DNA of 41,626 bases from Candidatus Omnitrophota bacterium (GCA_028711825.1 JAQTRM010000002.1:1-41626), one strand, 5' to 3'. Positions 1 to 7,679 are shown, numbered from the stretch's first letter. Numbers and translations: made by a program. The notes: a model not told the origin generated them from the sequence alone.

Positions 1-723
1 ATTTTCCATTACCATGATCCCCGCCCCTTCCCCGAGCACGAAACCGCTCCTTTTCGAATCAAAAGGGCGGTAGGCACCCGCGGGGTCGGCGTTATTTTTT
101 GATAATGTTCCGTAAGTATTGCAGCATAATAAAGCGTAAGGACTGACCGGGGCTTCCATTCCCCCACCCAGGATCATATTTAATTTATTCTTGGACAGGA
201 CCTTACGGGCATAACCCAGCGCCATCAGGGAACTGGCGCGGTCGCTGACGATAGTTTTACTGAATCCTTTAATACCGTAATATATGGAAACCTGCCCTTG
301 CGGAGCCGCCGGAAACCAGGCGCTCGCCATATAAGGAGAGATTCCCTCCCGGCCTTCAAGGTAAAGATCTCTTAATTCGGTTTCGGCGAAAAGCCACCCT
401 CCGATGGCATTGCCCAAGAAGATTCCCATAAGATTAGGGTCTTCGCTTTTAACGTCGATTGCGGCATCCTGCAGCGCGAGTTCGGCAGCCACCAGCGCCA
501 GATGAGAAAAAGTGTCAATCTTCTTCAGGAGCCTTTCAGAGATATGGCTGTATTTCTCAAGGTCGTCGATCTGCCCGGCGATATGGGAAGGATAAAGCCC
601 CGCGTCGAAACGTGTAATCTCCTTGATAAAAGAACGCCCGCTTTTAATATTGGCCCAGAACTGCCGTTTGCCGATCCCCGACGGGCTAACCACCCCGATA
701 CCGGTAATTGCTATTTTTTTCAT
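1..723 (-). CDS. Ketosynthase-like protein lacking the catalytic cysteine (KS-beta / chain-length-factor-like partner); 3' end runs off the window
   Basis: Absent from the ORF track because it is open at the window edge. My own reverse-strand translation from the ATG at 723..721 gives MKKIAITGIGVVSPSGIGKRQFWANIKSGRSFIKEITRFDAGLYPSHIAGQIDD...GIKGFSKTIVSDRASSLMALGYA...YRPFDSKRSGFVLGEGAGIMVMEN. This is a thiolase-fold condensing-enzyme N-terminal half. Aligned to the upstream KS (NTVSTGCTAGTDSLGFG), the nucleophile position reads Arg (TIVSDRASSLMALGYA). The start overlaps the upstream stop as TAATG. Confidence 0.8.
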   Translation of the reverse strand, partial: MKKIAITGIGVVSPSGIGKRQFWANIKSGRSFIKEITRFDAGLYPSHIAGQIDDLEKYSHISERLLKKIDTFSHLALVAAELALQDAAIDVKSEDPNLMGIFLGNAIGGWLFAETELRDLYLEGREGISPYMASAWFPAAPQGQVSIYYGIKGFSKTIVSDRASSLMALGYARKVLSKNKLNMILGGGMEAPVSPYALLCCNTYGTLSKNNADPAGAYRPFDSKRSGFVLGEGAGIMVMEN

Positions 724-1985
724 TATCCACCAAACCTTCTAAAGATAAGCGAGGAATGAATCCCTGAAAATCCGCTGCTGGTTTTTAAAATCGTATTAAC
801 TTTTTTCGCGATCGCCTGGTTAGGGATATAATACAAATCACATTGGGGGTCTTTTTCCTCCTGGTTTATCGTCGGAGGCAGGATATTCTTCCCGAAAATC
901 ATGCTCACGATCGTCATTTCAATCGCGTTAGCCGCCGCCAGAGGATGCCCGATCATGGATTTAAGCGAGCTAACCGGTAACTTATAGGCGTAATCCCCGA
1001 AAATCGTTTTATAGGCGCTAGTCTCGAAAATATCATTCATCCTGGTACTTGAGCCGTGCGCGTTGATATAGTCAACCTCTTGAGGCTTGACTTGCGCGTC
1101 GGCCAAAGCCAGTCCGATGCAAATTTCCATTGCCCGGCCGTCTGAAGGCAGGTCCGTCATATGAAAAGCGTTACAACTGGTACCGAAACCGAGGATCTCG
1201 CAATAAATCGGGGCGTTGCGTTTTAAGGCATGGTTTAACTCTTCAAGCACCAGGAGCCCGGACCCCTCACCCAGGACAAAACCGTCGCGTTTATTGTCAA
1301 AAGGACGCGACGCTTTTTGCGGTTCATCATTATGCACGGAAAGGACATTCACCACATCAAAAGCGCCGAAAGTAACCGGAGTAAGAGGCGCCTCCGCCGC
1401 TCCGCAAATCATAATATCCTGCTCACCGTCCTGGATGCTCTCCAGGCCGAAACCCAAAGAATCCGTCCCCGCAGTGCACCCCGTAGAAACGGTATTACAA
1501 ACTCCTTTTAAACCAAAACGCGCGCTGATCTCTACCGAAGGGGTGTTAAACATCGCCGCGTCGTAAAGATCGGGGCGCACCAAAGCGGGATTAATCGGCA
1601 TCTTGCCGTTTTCAGTTACCAGGGCGAATTCTTCTTCCATATATTTAGTCCCGCAGATAGCATTAGCAAGACAGACTCCGAGACGCTGAGGGTCCTCCCG
1701 GGATAAATCAAGTTTGCTGTCTTCTACCGCCATCTTCCCGGCCGCCAGGGCAAACTGCACGTAACGGTCCATGCGCATTGCGTCTTCATGCGTCAGGCCG
1801 AATTCAAAAGGGTTAAAATCCCTGACTTCAGCGGCGATTTTGGTGTTAAACACCGAAACATCGAATCCGTCGACAAGACGGATCCCGGATTTACCGTTTA
1901 CAAACCCTTCCCAGGCATTTTTCTTGCCGATACCGTTGGGGGAAATCACCCCGATACCCGTAACTACCACTCGTTTCTTTTCCAT
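723..1985 (-). CDS. Beta-ketoacyl-ACP synthase II family condensing enzyme (FabF-like, Cys-His-His triad intact)
   Basis: 420 aa. N-terminus KRVVVTGIGVISPNGIG; active-site Cys in VSTGCTAGTDS; first His in NAFHMTD; second His in INAHGSSTRMND; C-terminal SSGFSGIHSSLIF. ATG at 1985..1983. Confidence 0.9.
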   Translation of the reverse strand: MEKKRVVVTGIGVISPNGIGKKNAWEGFVNGKSGIRLVDGFDVSVFNTKIAAEVRDFNPFEFGLTHEDAMRMDRYVQFALAAGKMAVEDSKLDLSREDPQRLGVCLANAICGTKYMEEEFALVTENGKMPINPALVRPDLYDAAMFNTPSVEISARFGLKGVCNTVSTGCTAGTDSLGFGLESIQDGEQDIMICGAAEAPLTPVTFGAFDVVNVLSVHNDEPQKASRPFDNKRDGFVLGEGSGLLVLEELNHALKRNAPIYCEILGFGTSCNAFHMTDLPSDGRAMEICIGLALADAQVKPQEVDYINAHGSSTRMNDIFETSAYKTIFGDYAYKLPVSSLKSMIGHPLAAANAIEMTIVSMIFGKNILPPTINQEEKDPQCDLYYIPNQAIAKKVNTILKTSSGFSGIHSSLIFRRFGG

Positions 1986-2002
1986 ATTGGTTTAAACTCC
2001 AG

Positions 2003-2058
2003 CCATAAGTTATAAGCTTTAAGTTATAAGCTTAAAACTTATAACTTACCTCTTACTA
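2003..2058. repeat. Heptad-periodic palindromic element, ATAAG/CTTA type (copy 1)
   Basis: Four consecutive 7-mers ending in TAAG (ccataag ttataag ctttaag ttataag) are directly followed by four 7-mers starting with CTTA (cttaaaa cttataa cttacct cttacta). A perfect 11-bp stem pairs taagttataag (2020-2030) with cttataactta (2038-2048). It lies between the TIGR04076-like gene stop and the KS start. Confidence 0.7.
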
Positions 2059-2081
2059 CTATATTATTTGTATTTTTAGCT

Positions 2082-2687
2082 TCAGGACTTAGAATTATCC
2101 TCCTTTACTCTCTTTACTTTAAAAACAATATTGCCGCCATCCGGGCAGGTTACCGTGTCGATCGAATCCGGATCCGGCATAAAGAAAAACTTTGCCCCGA
2201 AATTCAAGGCGAATAAAGCGGGAAAAGCGGTATGAAATGCCGCGCCGCAGAAGCCCGGAATGCATTTTAGCCCCTGAGTTTCCCACTTATCCCCGACCTT
2301 ATACCCGAAAGCGCATTTACCTTTGGACTGGACCACTTCTACGATCATTTTTTTAGGATTCGGGCCTTTGTGCTCCGGATCCCGCGGTATAAAATCAAGC
2401 TTCCCTTCCTTATCCAGAATCTCCGCTTTAAATTCGAGTTTCCCGCCGTCCGGACAGGTCACCAGCAGGGAGCGTTGATTGTCGCGAAAACCGAATCGCG
2501 CCCCGAAGCTTAAGGCGTAAATCACCGGGAAAAGAGCGTGCGCCAACCCCAAACAAAAGTGCTTGGGGCCGTGGGTAAAATCCTCCAAGGTAAGCTCATC
2601 GCCGACCTTATACCCATGGTAACACTCACCCATCACCTTGGTCACGGTAAGCTTAAGACGGGGGAAAGGGGTTTTCACTTCTTCCAT
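2082..2687 (-). CDS. Tandem-duplicated TIGR04076-like protein (two copies of a ~90-aa Cys-containing module in one polypeptide)
   Basis: 201 aa with a clear internal repeat. Module 1: GECYHGYKVGDELTL...PKHFCLGLAHALFPVIYALSFGARFGF...VTCPDGGKLEFKAE. Module 2: GKCAFGYKVGDKWET...IPGFCGAAFHTAFPALFALNFGAKFFF...VTCPDGGNIVFKVK. The pattern G-x-C...K-x-GD...P-x-x-FC...F-P...FGA-x-F...CPDGG...F matches my recollection of the TIGR04076 family. The family name is from memory and was not searched. Confidence 0.6.
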   Translation of the reverse strand: MEEVKTPFPRLKLTVTKVMGECYHGYKVGDELTLEDFTHGPKHFCLGLAHALFPVIYALSFGARFGFRDNQRSLLVTCPDGGKLEFKAEILDKEGKLDFIPRDPEHKGPNPKKMIVEVVQSKGKCAFGYKVGDKWETQGLKCIPGFCGAAFHTAFPALFALNFGAKFFFMPDPDSIDTVTCPDGGNIVFKVKRVKEDNSKS

Positions 2688-2688
2688 T

Positions 2689-3693
2689 TTAAATATACTC
2701 CCTGGTTTTTTGCAGCAGCTCTTCGCGACTGAAAAAATCGCGGCTGGCCTCCACCCGGTGCACCATTTCCACCAGGGTTTTATTCAAAGGGGCCTGAAGA
2801 CTATTCTCCTCCGCCAACCGCACAAATTCGCCGTTAATATAATCTATCTCCGAGAGCTTTCCGCGCATAATACTTTGCAGGATCGAACCGTATAAAGGAT
2901 CCTTGCTTAAATTTCTCATCATTCCCGAAAAGATCTCGGCGGCATGCGCGCTGGGCATCGCGGTGAGCTTAGTAAGGTTCTCTACCGGGAAACCCGGCAA
3001 GGAAACCAGTTTAATACCAATCTTATCAAAAACTTCAAAAGCCTCTTTCCAAATCGCGATACTGATCCGGCTTACCGCCAGGTCCCCGAAAACTTCCTGC
3101 ATGCTTTTACCCAGGATCGCAGGCAAACAGTTGTTGGCGTTCACAAAAATCTTCAAATACTTCATTCCCCGCATATCCTGGCTGATTACCGTCGGAAACG
3201 CCTTATTCAAAACCAGGCTCAGGGAAAGGATATTTTCCGTAGGCTGAGGATCAAAAACACTGCCCAGTATCCAATTTCCTTCGAAATTATGCACTACCTT
3301 CCCGCTCTCCAGGTTAGTCGAACCGAACATCACGATACTGGAAGCGATCTTTTTTTCCGGCAGATACGCTGCGGCGATCTTATCGGCCTGGATACCGTTC
3401 TGAGTAGTGAGCAGGAGCGCCTCACGGAGAAAACCGGCGTTAGCAGACAAAGCCGTGTCAACATCCTGGGTCTTGGTCGCCAGGATCACCAATTCCGGCG
3501 AAAAATCCAGAGATTCAGCGGTATCCAAACGCACCAGCATGCTGCCGCGAACCCCGGAGATAGATATACCTTTCTGTCCGATCTGACTTATCCCCGGGAG
3601 GCGTCCGACCAGAGTAACATCTTCTCCTTTTTCCTTAAGGTAGCCTGCGACCAGACAACCGATCGCTCCGGCGCCGATTACCGCGATACGCAT
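2689..3693 (-). CDS. 2-dehydropantoate 2-reductase family oxidoreductase (ApbA/PanE-like NAD(P)H ketoreductase)
   Basis: 334 aa. N-terminal Rossmann motif MRIAVIGAGAIGCLVAGYL. Length and overall pattern are typical of ketopantoate reductase family proteins. The ATG overlaps the upstream stop (TAATG at 3691-3695). Confidence 0.75.
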   Translation of the reverse strand: MRIAVIGAGAIGCLVAGYLKEKGEDVTLVGRLPGISQIGQKGISISGVRGSMLVRLDTAESLDFSPELVILATKTQDVDTALSANAGFLREALLLTTQNGIQADKIAAAYLPEKKIASSIVMFGSTNLESGKVVHNFEGNWILGSVFDPQPTENILSLSLVLNKAFPTVISQDMRGMKYLKIFVNANNCLPAILGKSMQEVFGDLAVSRISIAIWKEAFEVFDKIGIKLVSLPGFPVENLTKLTAMPSAHAAEIFSGMMRNLSKDPLYGSILQSIMRGKLSEIDYINGEFVRLAEENSLQAPLNKTLVEMVHRVEASRDFFSREELLQKTREYI

Positions 3694-3971
3694 TATTCCT
3701 GCCTATTCTTGGGGAATCCGTATTTTTTATAATCAAATCCGTTCTGCCCGAGCAGGCGGACCATCATGCTGTAAAACGGGGAGGGAACGTCCGAGAAGAA
3801 AGCCGCCACCACATCCTCTTCCTGAACCCGGTCGCTTTTACGCCCAAAGGCAGACTCTTCAGCCCGGCGCCTGACCACTTCCTCGGTAATATGGCGGTGG
3901 AAAAGGGGGATCTTGGAGATCAAAATCCTGAATTTATTTTCTGTTCCGGTTTCCCAGATCATCATTGCCAT
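3693..3971 (-). CDS. Small PCP_red-like domain protein (protochlorophyllide reductase subunit B C-terminal-like domain), function unknown
   Basis: 92 aa. WETGTENKFRILISKIPLFHRHITEEVVRRRAEESAFGRKSDRVQEEDVVAAF resembles the W-x3-A/T-E-x3-L-x-K-I-P-x-F-x-R...E-x2-A...V-x-x-E-D-V pattern of PF08369. First gene of the operon. Confidence 0.5.
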   Translation of the reverse strand: MAMMIWETGTENKFRILISKIPLFHRHITEEVVRRRAEESAFGRKSDRVQEEDVVAAFFSDVPSPFYSMMVRLLGQNGFDYKKYGFPKNRQE

Positions 3972-3990
3972 CCTGATTTATCACACATAG

Positions 3991-4012
3991 ATATAGTAAA
4001 ATTTTACTATAT
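3991..4012. promoter_or_regulatory. Perfect 22-bp palindrome in the promoter region of the KS operon (candidate operator, possibly PadR)
   Basis: atatagtaaaattttactatat is identical to its reverse complement. It lies 20 bp upstream of the first operon gene (start 3971) and about 95 bp downstream of padR. Confidence 0.4.
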
Positions 4013-4022
4013 AATTCTAATC

Positions 4023-4036
4023 AAGACCATGGTCTT
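4023..4036. promoter_or_regulatory. Perfect 14-bp palindrome (operator or padR terminator stem)
   Basis: aagaccatggtctt is self-complementary. It sits between padR and the downstream operon. No U-tract follows it on the minus strand. Confidence 0.3.
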
Positions 4037-4056
4037 TGTCAAGTGAATTAAGCTAG

Positions 4057-4119
4057 TTATAAGCCATAAGCGAGGAGTTTATAACTTAAAACTTACCGCT
4101 TATATCTTAAATCTTCTTA
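4057..4119. repeat. Heptad-periodic element, ATAAG/CTTA type (copy 2), overlapping the padR stop codon
   Basis: ttataag ccataag cgaggag tttataa, then five in-phase CTTNNNN heptads (cttaaaa cttaccg cttatat cttaaat cttctta). It shares ccataag, ttataag and the 11-mer cttaaaactta with copy 1. Possible stems: gttataa (4056-4062) with ttataac (4080-4086), and ataagcg (4066-4072) with cgcttat (4097-4103). Confidence 0.6.
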
Positions 4120-4622
4120 AGAAGGGATTTTAAAAAACGTTCTTCGGCGCGTAAAAGACAGAGGTTATGCTCCATAATCCTGCGCAGAGGCAAAGAACGC
4201 TTCAATTCACGGGAGATCAGCATACCTTTAATCCCGGAGGAAATCTTTTCCAGGATTTCCAGCCTCTTTTCCAACCGCCGGCGAGCCTGGGAAACTTTCA
4301 GAAAATCAAGGAAATAAAGACTGAGGTCCAGGGTAAACTGCGGACGCGTGAAATCAAGCAGATTCCTATTAAGCAAAGATTCAAACCGCCCTTTGCCTTT
4401 AGGGGTAAGACAATAAACCAACCGGGCGGGCCTTTTGCCTTTTTTGACTACACATTTAGCAAGCAGGCCTTTTTTTTCGAGAATTTTCAGGGGATAATAT
4501 ATCGAGTTAAGCCGGACTCCGGCGAAGAGAGAGAGGATTTTACGGACTTTAACTTTAATTTCATAACCGTGCTTGGGGCTTTGGCGCAGCAGCCCTAACA
4601 GGATAAGCTCCTGGTCGATCAT
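4107..4622 (-). CDS. PadR family transcriptional regulator
   Basis: 171 aa. The winged-helix signature [47 protein letters not shown]...[11 protein letters not shown] is typical of PadR. The ATG overlaps the accA stop (ATGA). Confidence 0.85.
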   Translation of the reverse strand: MIDQELILLGLLRQSPKHGYEIKVKVRKILSLFAGVRLNSIYYPLKILEKKGLLAKCVVKKGKRPARLVYCLTPKGKGRFESLLNRNLLDFTRPQFTLDLSLYFLDFLKVSQARRRLEKRLEILEKISSGIKGMLISRELKRSLPLRRIMEHNLCLLRAEERFLKSLLKKI

Positions 4623-5566
4623 GCGGTAACGCCCATTGACCTGAATTTCTTATACCTTAGTTTAAGCAGCTCATCCTTATCTAAAGAGGCTAGCTCCTTA
4701 AGGCTCTTTAAGATCGATTCTTTAACGCTGGCGGCGATCTTTTGAGGGTCACGGTGAGCCCCGCCTAAAGGTTCAGGGATTACTTCATCGATCAGGCCCA
4801 TTTTAAGGAGGTCCGGACCGGTAAGTTTCAGGGCTTCGGCGGCCTGCGGAGCCTTGGCCCCGTCTTTCCAAAGTATCGCGGCGCATCCTTCGGGAGAAAT
4901 AACAGAATAGTATGAATTCTCCAAAACCGCCAGGCGGTCGGCAACCCCCACCCCCAGAGCTCCTCCCGATCCTCCTTCACCGATCACAATCGCCACGATC
5001 GGAACGGCGCATCCGGCCATTTCTCTTAAATTCAACGCGATCGCGTGGGATTGCCCGCGTTCCTCCGCTCCGACACCCGGATATGCCCCGGGCGTATCAA
5101 TGAAAACTACGATCGGCAATCCGAACTCCTCGGCCATCTGCATCAGGCGCAGCGCCTTACGGTACCCTTCCGGATGCGCGCAGCCGAAATTACGCTTCAA
5201 ATTCTCTTTGGTATCGCGGCCTTTCTGATGGCCGATTACCATAACCTTTTTCTTGTCGATTTTCGCCAGCCCGCAAACCATCGCTTTATCATCGCTGAAA
5301 AGCCGGTCCCCGTGCAATTCCATAAAATCCGACATCATAAGATCTATATAATCCTGAGTATACGGGCGCAGAGGATGACGGGCAAGCTGCACTTTCTGCC
5401 AGGCGGAAAGGTTGACGTAAGTATCTTTTTTCAACTGTTCCAGCTTATCATCCAGTTTTTTAATCTCGCCGGAAAGATCAATCTTCTTTTCCACCATGAA
5501 CGATTTAAGTTCCTGGATCTTCTTTTCCAGCTCTACAATAGGTTTTTCGAAATCTAATCCAGCCAT
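4619..5566 (-). CDS. accA: Acetyl-CoA carboxylase carboxyltransferase subunit alpha
   Basis: 315 aa. [45 protein letters not shown] and [10 protein letters not shown] are canonical AccA motifs. Confidence 0.95.
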   Translation of the reverse strand: MAGLDFEKPIVELEKKIQELKSFMVEKKIDLSGEIKKLDDKLEQLKKDTYVNLSAWQKVQLARHPLRPYTQDYIDLMMSDFMELHGDRLFSDDKAMVCGLAKIDKKKVMVIGHQKGRDTKENLKRNFGCAHPEGYRKALRLMQMAEEFGLPIVVFIDTPGAYPGVGAEERGQSHAIALNLREMAGCAVPIVAIVIGEGGSGGALGVGVADRLAVLENSYYSVISPEGCAAILWKDGAKAPQAAEALKLTGPDLLKMGLIDEVIPEPLGGAHRDPQKIAASVKESILKSLKELASLDKDELLKLRYKKFRSMGVTA

Positions 5567-5571
5567 AGTAA

Positions 5572-6381
5572 TTACTCGATTATTGTAACTTCCGTGCCTG
5601 CGGGAATGATATCATAAAGCTCTTCCACATCGGAATTCTTCAGGCGCACACATCCCTGGGTCACCTGTTTTCCCAGATCCTGCGGCTCAGTGGTCCCGTG
5701 GATACCATAACCCGCCAGGTCGAAACCCATCCAGCGCGTACCCAGAACATTCTCCTGGCTCTCCGGAGGAACCACCGCACCCGCCTTAAACCAGGTAGGA
5801 TTGGCAAGCTTGTTGACAACCTTAAAAGTACCCGCGGGGGTACAATTATTCTTGCCGGTAGAAACAATATAGGTCTTCACAATCTCTTCGTCGCTCTTCA
5901 ACATGAGGATATTTTGCGATTTATCCACCAAAACACTGAAAGGGGAATTCCACACCTTGATCTTGCGGCCGGGGATAATAAGCGAATCGCTGATATTATT
6001 ACTTTTCATAATAAGCTCAACGGTAGTCTTGTATCGACGGGCGATCTTATTCAAGGTATCCCCGGGACGGATCTCATAGGTGATGCTCTTGGGGGTAATG
6101 GCGGGCGAAAAAAGCAGCTTAATATTTATCTCTTCGTTTTTCTTCTGCCAGTCCATTATTTCGGGGGATTCCGGAAAATCAGCAACCAGTTTCTGATATA
6201 ATAATTTAGCCCCCCAAAGATCCCCTTTAGATTCCAGATTACGCGCCTGTTCCGAAAGCGAACGCGTAGATGAACTCTCGGAAGAAGAAACGGTTTTACA
6301 TATCTTCTTGCCGCTTAAAAAAACAAGTGCGCCCCCGGCAACAACCACAGAAACGGCAATGATCCAAATCTTTTTATTCAC
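5572..6381 (-). CDS. LysM domain-containing L,D-transpeptidase (YkuD family)
   Basis: 269 aa. N-terminal TM helix; LysM motif [29 protein letters not shown]; YkuD catalytic region GIHGT...TQGCVRL. Confidence 0.85.
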   Translation of the reverse strand: MNKKIWIIAVSVVVAGGALVFLSGKKICKTVSSSESSSTRSLSEQARNLESKGDLWGAKLLYQKLVADFPESPEIMDWQKKNEEINIKLLFSPAITPKSITYEIRPGDTLNKIARRYKTTVELIMKSNNISDSLIIPGRKIKVWNSPFSVLVDKSQNILMLKSDEEIVKTYIVSTGKNNCTPAGTFKVVNKLANPTWFKAGAVVPPESQENVLGTRWMGFDLAGYGIHGTTEPQDLGKQVTQGCVRLKNSDVEELYDIIPAGTEVTIIE

Positions 6382-6396
6382 CTGCTCCCCCTTCTC

Positions 6397-6849
6397 CTAT
6401 CTGCTCCAAAAAACCAGGGCAATTACCACGCCCAGAAAAAAACCCATAATTACTTCCACCGGAGTATGCCCGATAAGCTCGCGTAAACGCTCCTGCCGGA
6501 TCTTTCCGCGCCAGTAGATATCCTCCATGATCGTATTCAGGATACCCGCCTGCTTTCCGGTGGAACGGCGCACCCCTTGCGCGTCGAACATCACCACGAT
6601 CGCGAAAGCGAAGGCCAGGGCGAAATAAACACTGTCAAACCCGCATTCCAAACCGATGCTCGTCCCCAGGCAGGCCGCCCCCGCGGCGTGCGCCGAAGGC
6701 ATTCCGCCGCTGCCGATAAAAAGGCGAAAATCAAACTTTTTCTTGCGAAAGACCCCGATCATTACCTTGATCGTCTGGGCGACCAGCCAGGCGGAAACCG
6801 TCGCCATAAGGATCTTGTTCCTATAGATCTCGATTAGAAAATCCTTCAT
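6397..6849 (-). CDS. Divergent PAP2 family membrane protein (DUF212 / acid phosphatase-vanadium haloperoxidase related)
   Basis: 150 aa. Multi-TM, with the signature GGMPSAHAA and FDAQGVRR...GH. Confidence 0.8.
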   Translation of the reverse strand: MKDFLIEIYRNKILMATVSAWLVAQTIKVMIGVFRKKKFDFRLFIGSGGMPSAHAAGAACLGTSIGLECGFDSVYFALAFAFAIVVMFDAQGVRRSTGKQAGILNTIMEDIYWRGKIRQERLRELIGHTPVEVIMGFFLGVVIALVFWSR

Positions 6850-7394
6850 TCTTCCTTGCTTTTTACGGGGAGGACCTCGATTTTAACCTTACCGGACTGT
6901 CCGTCTTTAACCAGGAAACCCCGGTTTTCTCCAGCAGGGACTCCGGAATTACTGTTTTTTACAGATTGCTTCTCCTTGAGGACTTTCTGCGGATTAATCC
7001 GGGGCCCTGAAGAGGAAGGCTGCCCGGACCCGGCGTAAATACTTTTCTGGATTGTAACAAGCGCCTCATTCTGGGCCTTAACCGCCTTCAACTCATCCTG
7101 CATGCCGGACTTCTCCCGGAAAAGGCGCCTTAGCCTATCGCGGCCAGCCTTAACATAGGCTTTAAGCCGGGCGTTTTTCTCGGTCAGATTTTTATTGGAA
7201 ACCTTCTCCTTCCCCAATTCCTGCAATAAGTTTTGTTTCTCCTTGGTCAATGAAAGAACTTCTTCCCGGGTTTTCTGCAAATCACTCTGGAGTAAAGAAC
7301 GCGTTTTTAACCACCCCGTATATCCGAAAAGAGCGAAACCGGAAAAAATTAAGAATAAAGCAAGCGCTAGAGTTTTAATCCTTTCCTTATTCAT
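6846..7394 (-). CDS. Hypothetical membrane-anchored coiled-coil protein
   Basis: 182 aa. One N-terminal TM helix (ALALFLIFSGFALFGY) followed by a heptad-rich K/E/L/Q region. No recognisable family. It is in the operon frame with a 4-nt overlap to the downstream gene. Confidence 0.5.
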   Translation of the reverse strand: MNKERIKTLALALFLIFSGFALFGYTGWLKTRSLLQSDLQKTREEVLSLTKEKQNLLQELGKEKVSNKNLTEKNARLKAYVKAGRDRLRRLFREKSGMQDELKAVKAQNEALVTIQKSIYAGSGQPSSSGPRINPQKVLKEKQSVKNSNSGVPAGENRGFLVKDGQSGKVKIEVLPVKSKEE

Positions 7395-7435
7395 AAGGCT
7401 ATATTATATAATCACCCTCTCAAAAAGCAAGCTAT

Positions 7436-7679
7436 TTTCAGCTTTCAGCTATCAGTCGTCAGCCTTTAGCTAAAGCCGAGAAGCAAAAAACGCGTAACTG
7501 GTAATTAGTAACTCGTAATTTAGAGCAAAAGCTTAAAGAATGCGCCTTAAGCCTAAGGTTAGGAACAATTACGCTTTCAGAAGTATATGGTTTTGTTTTT
7601 GGTTTAAATCCTAATTAATTACGAGTTACTATTTACGTTAATTCTGTTTTTGCTGAAGGCTGATAGCTGACGGCTGAAA
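7436..7679. repeat. Nested heptad-periodic inverted-repeat element, TCAGC/GTAAC type (copy A)
   Basis: Outer left arm, 5 heptads: tttcagc tttcagc tatcagt cgtcagc ctttagc (7436-7470). Inner left arm, 4 heptads: gtaactg gtaatta gtaactc gtaattt (7494-7521). Unique core of about 95 bp. Inner right arm: taattac gagttac tatttac (7616-7636). Outer right arm, 4 heptads: gctgaag gctgata gctgacg gctgaaa (7652-7679). The right arms are reverse complements of the left-arm heptad types. Confidence 0.8.

Noticed and set aside
502-759. Plus-strand ORF 502-759 bridging the KS/KS-partner junction.
   Set aside because: It lies antisense to the two ketosynthase genes and shows no family resemblance. The minus-strand frame across this region translates into a clean condensing-enzyme N-terminus.
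2944-3732. Long plus-strand ORFs overlapping well-supported minus-strand genes. Examples: 2944-3732, 5045-5557, 13682-14638, 16382-17224, 19329-19973, 34752-35411, 36263-36844 and 38944-39681.
   Set aside because: All are antisense shadows of genes with strong family motifs. Their translations are Arg/Ser/Pro/Leu-rich low-complexity strings with no recognisable motifs, and they have no RBS context. The only credible plus-strand gene is comM.
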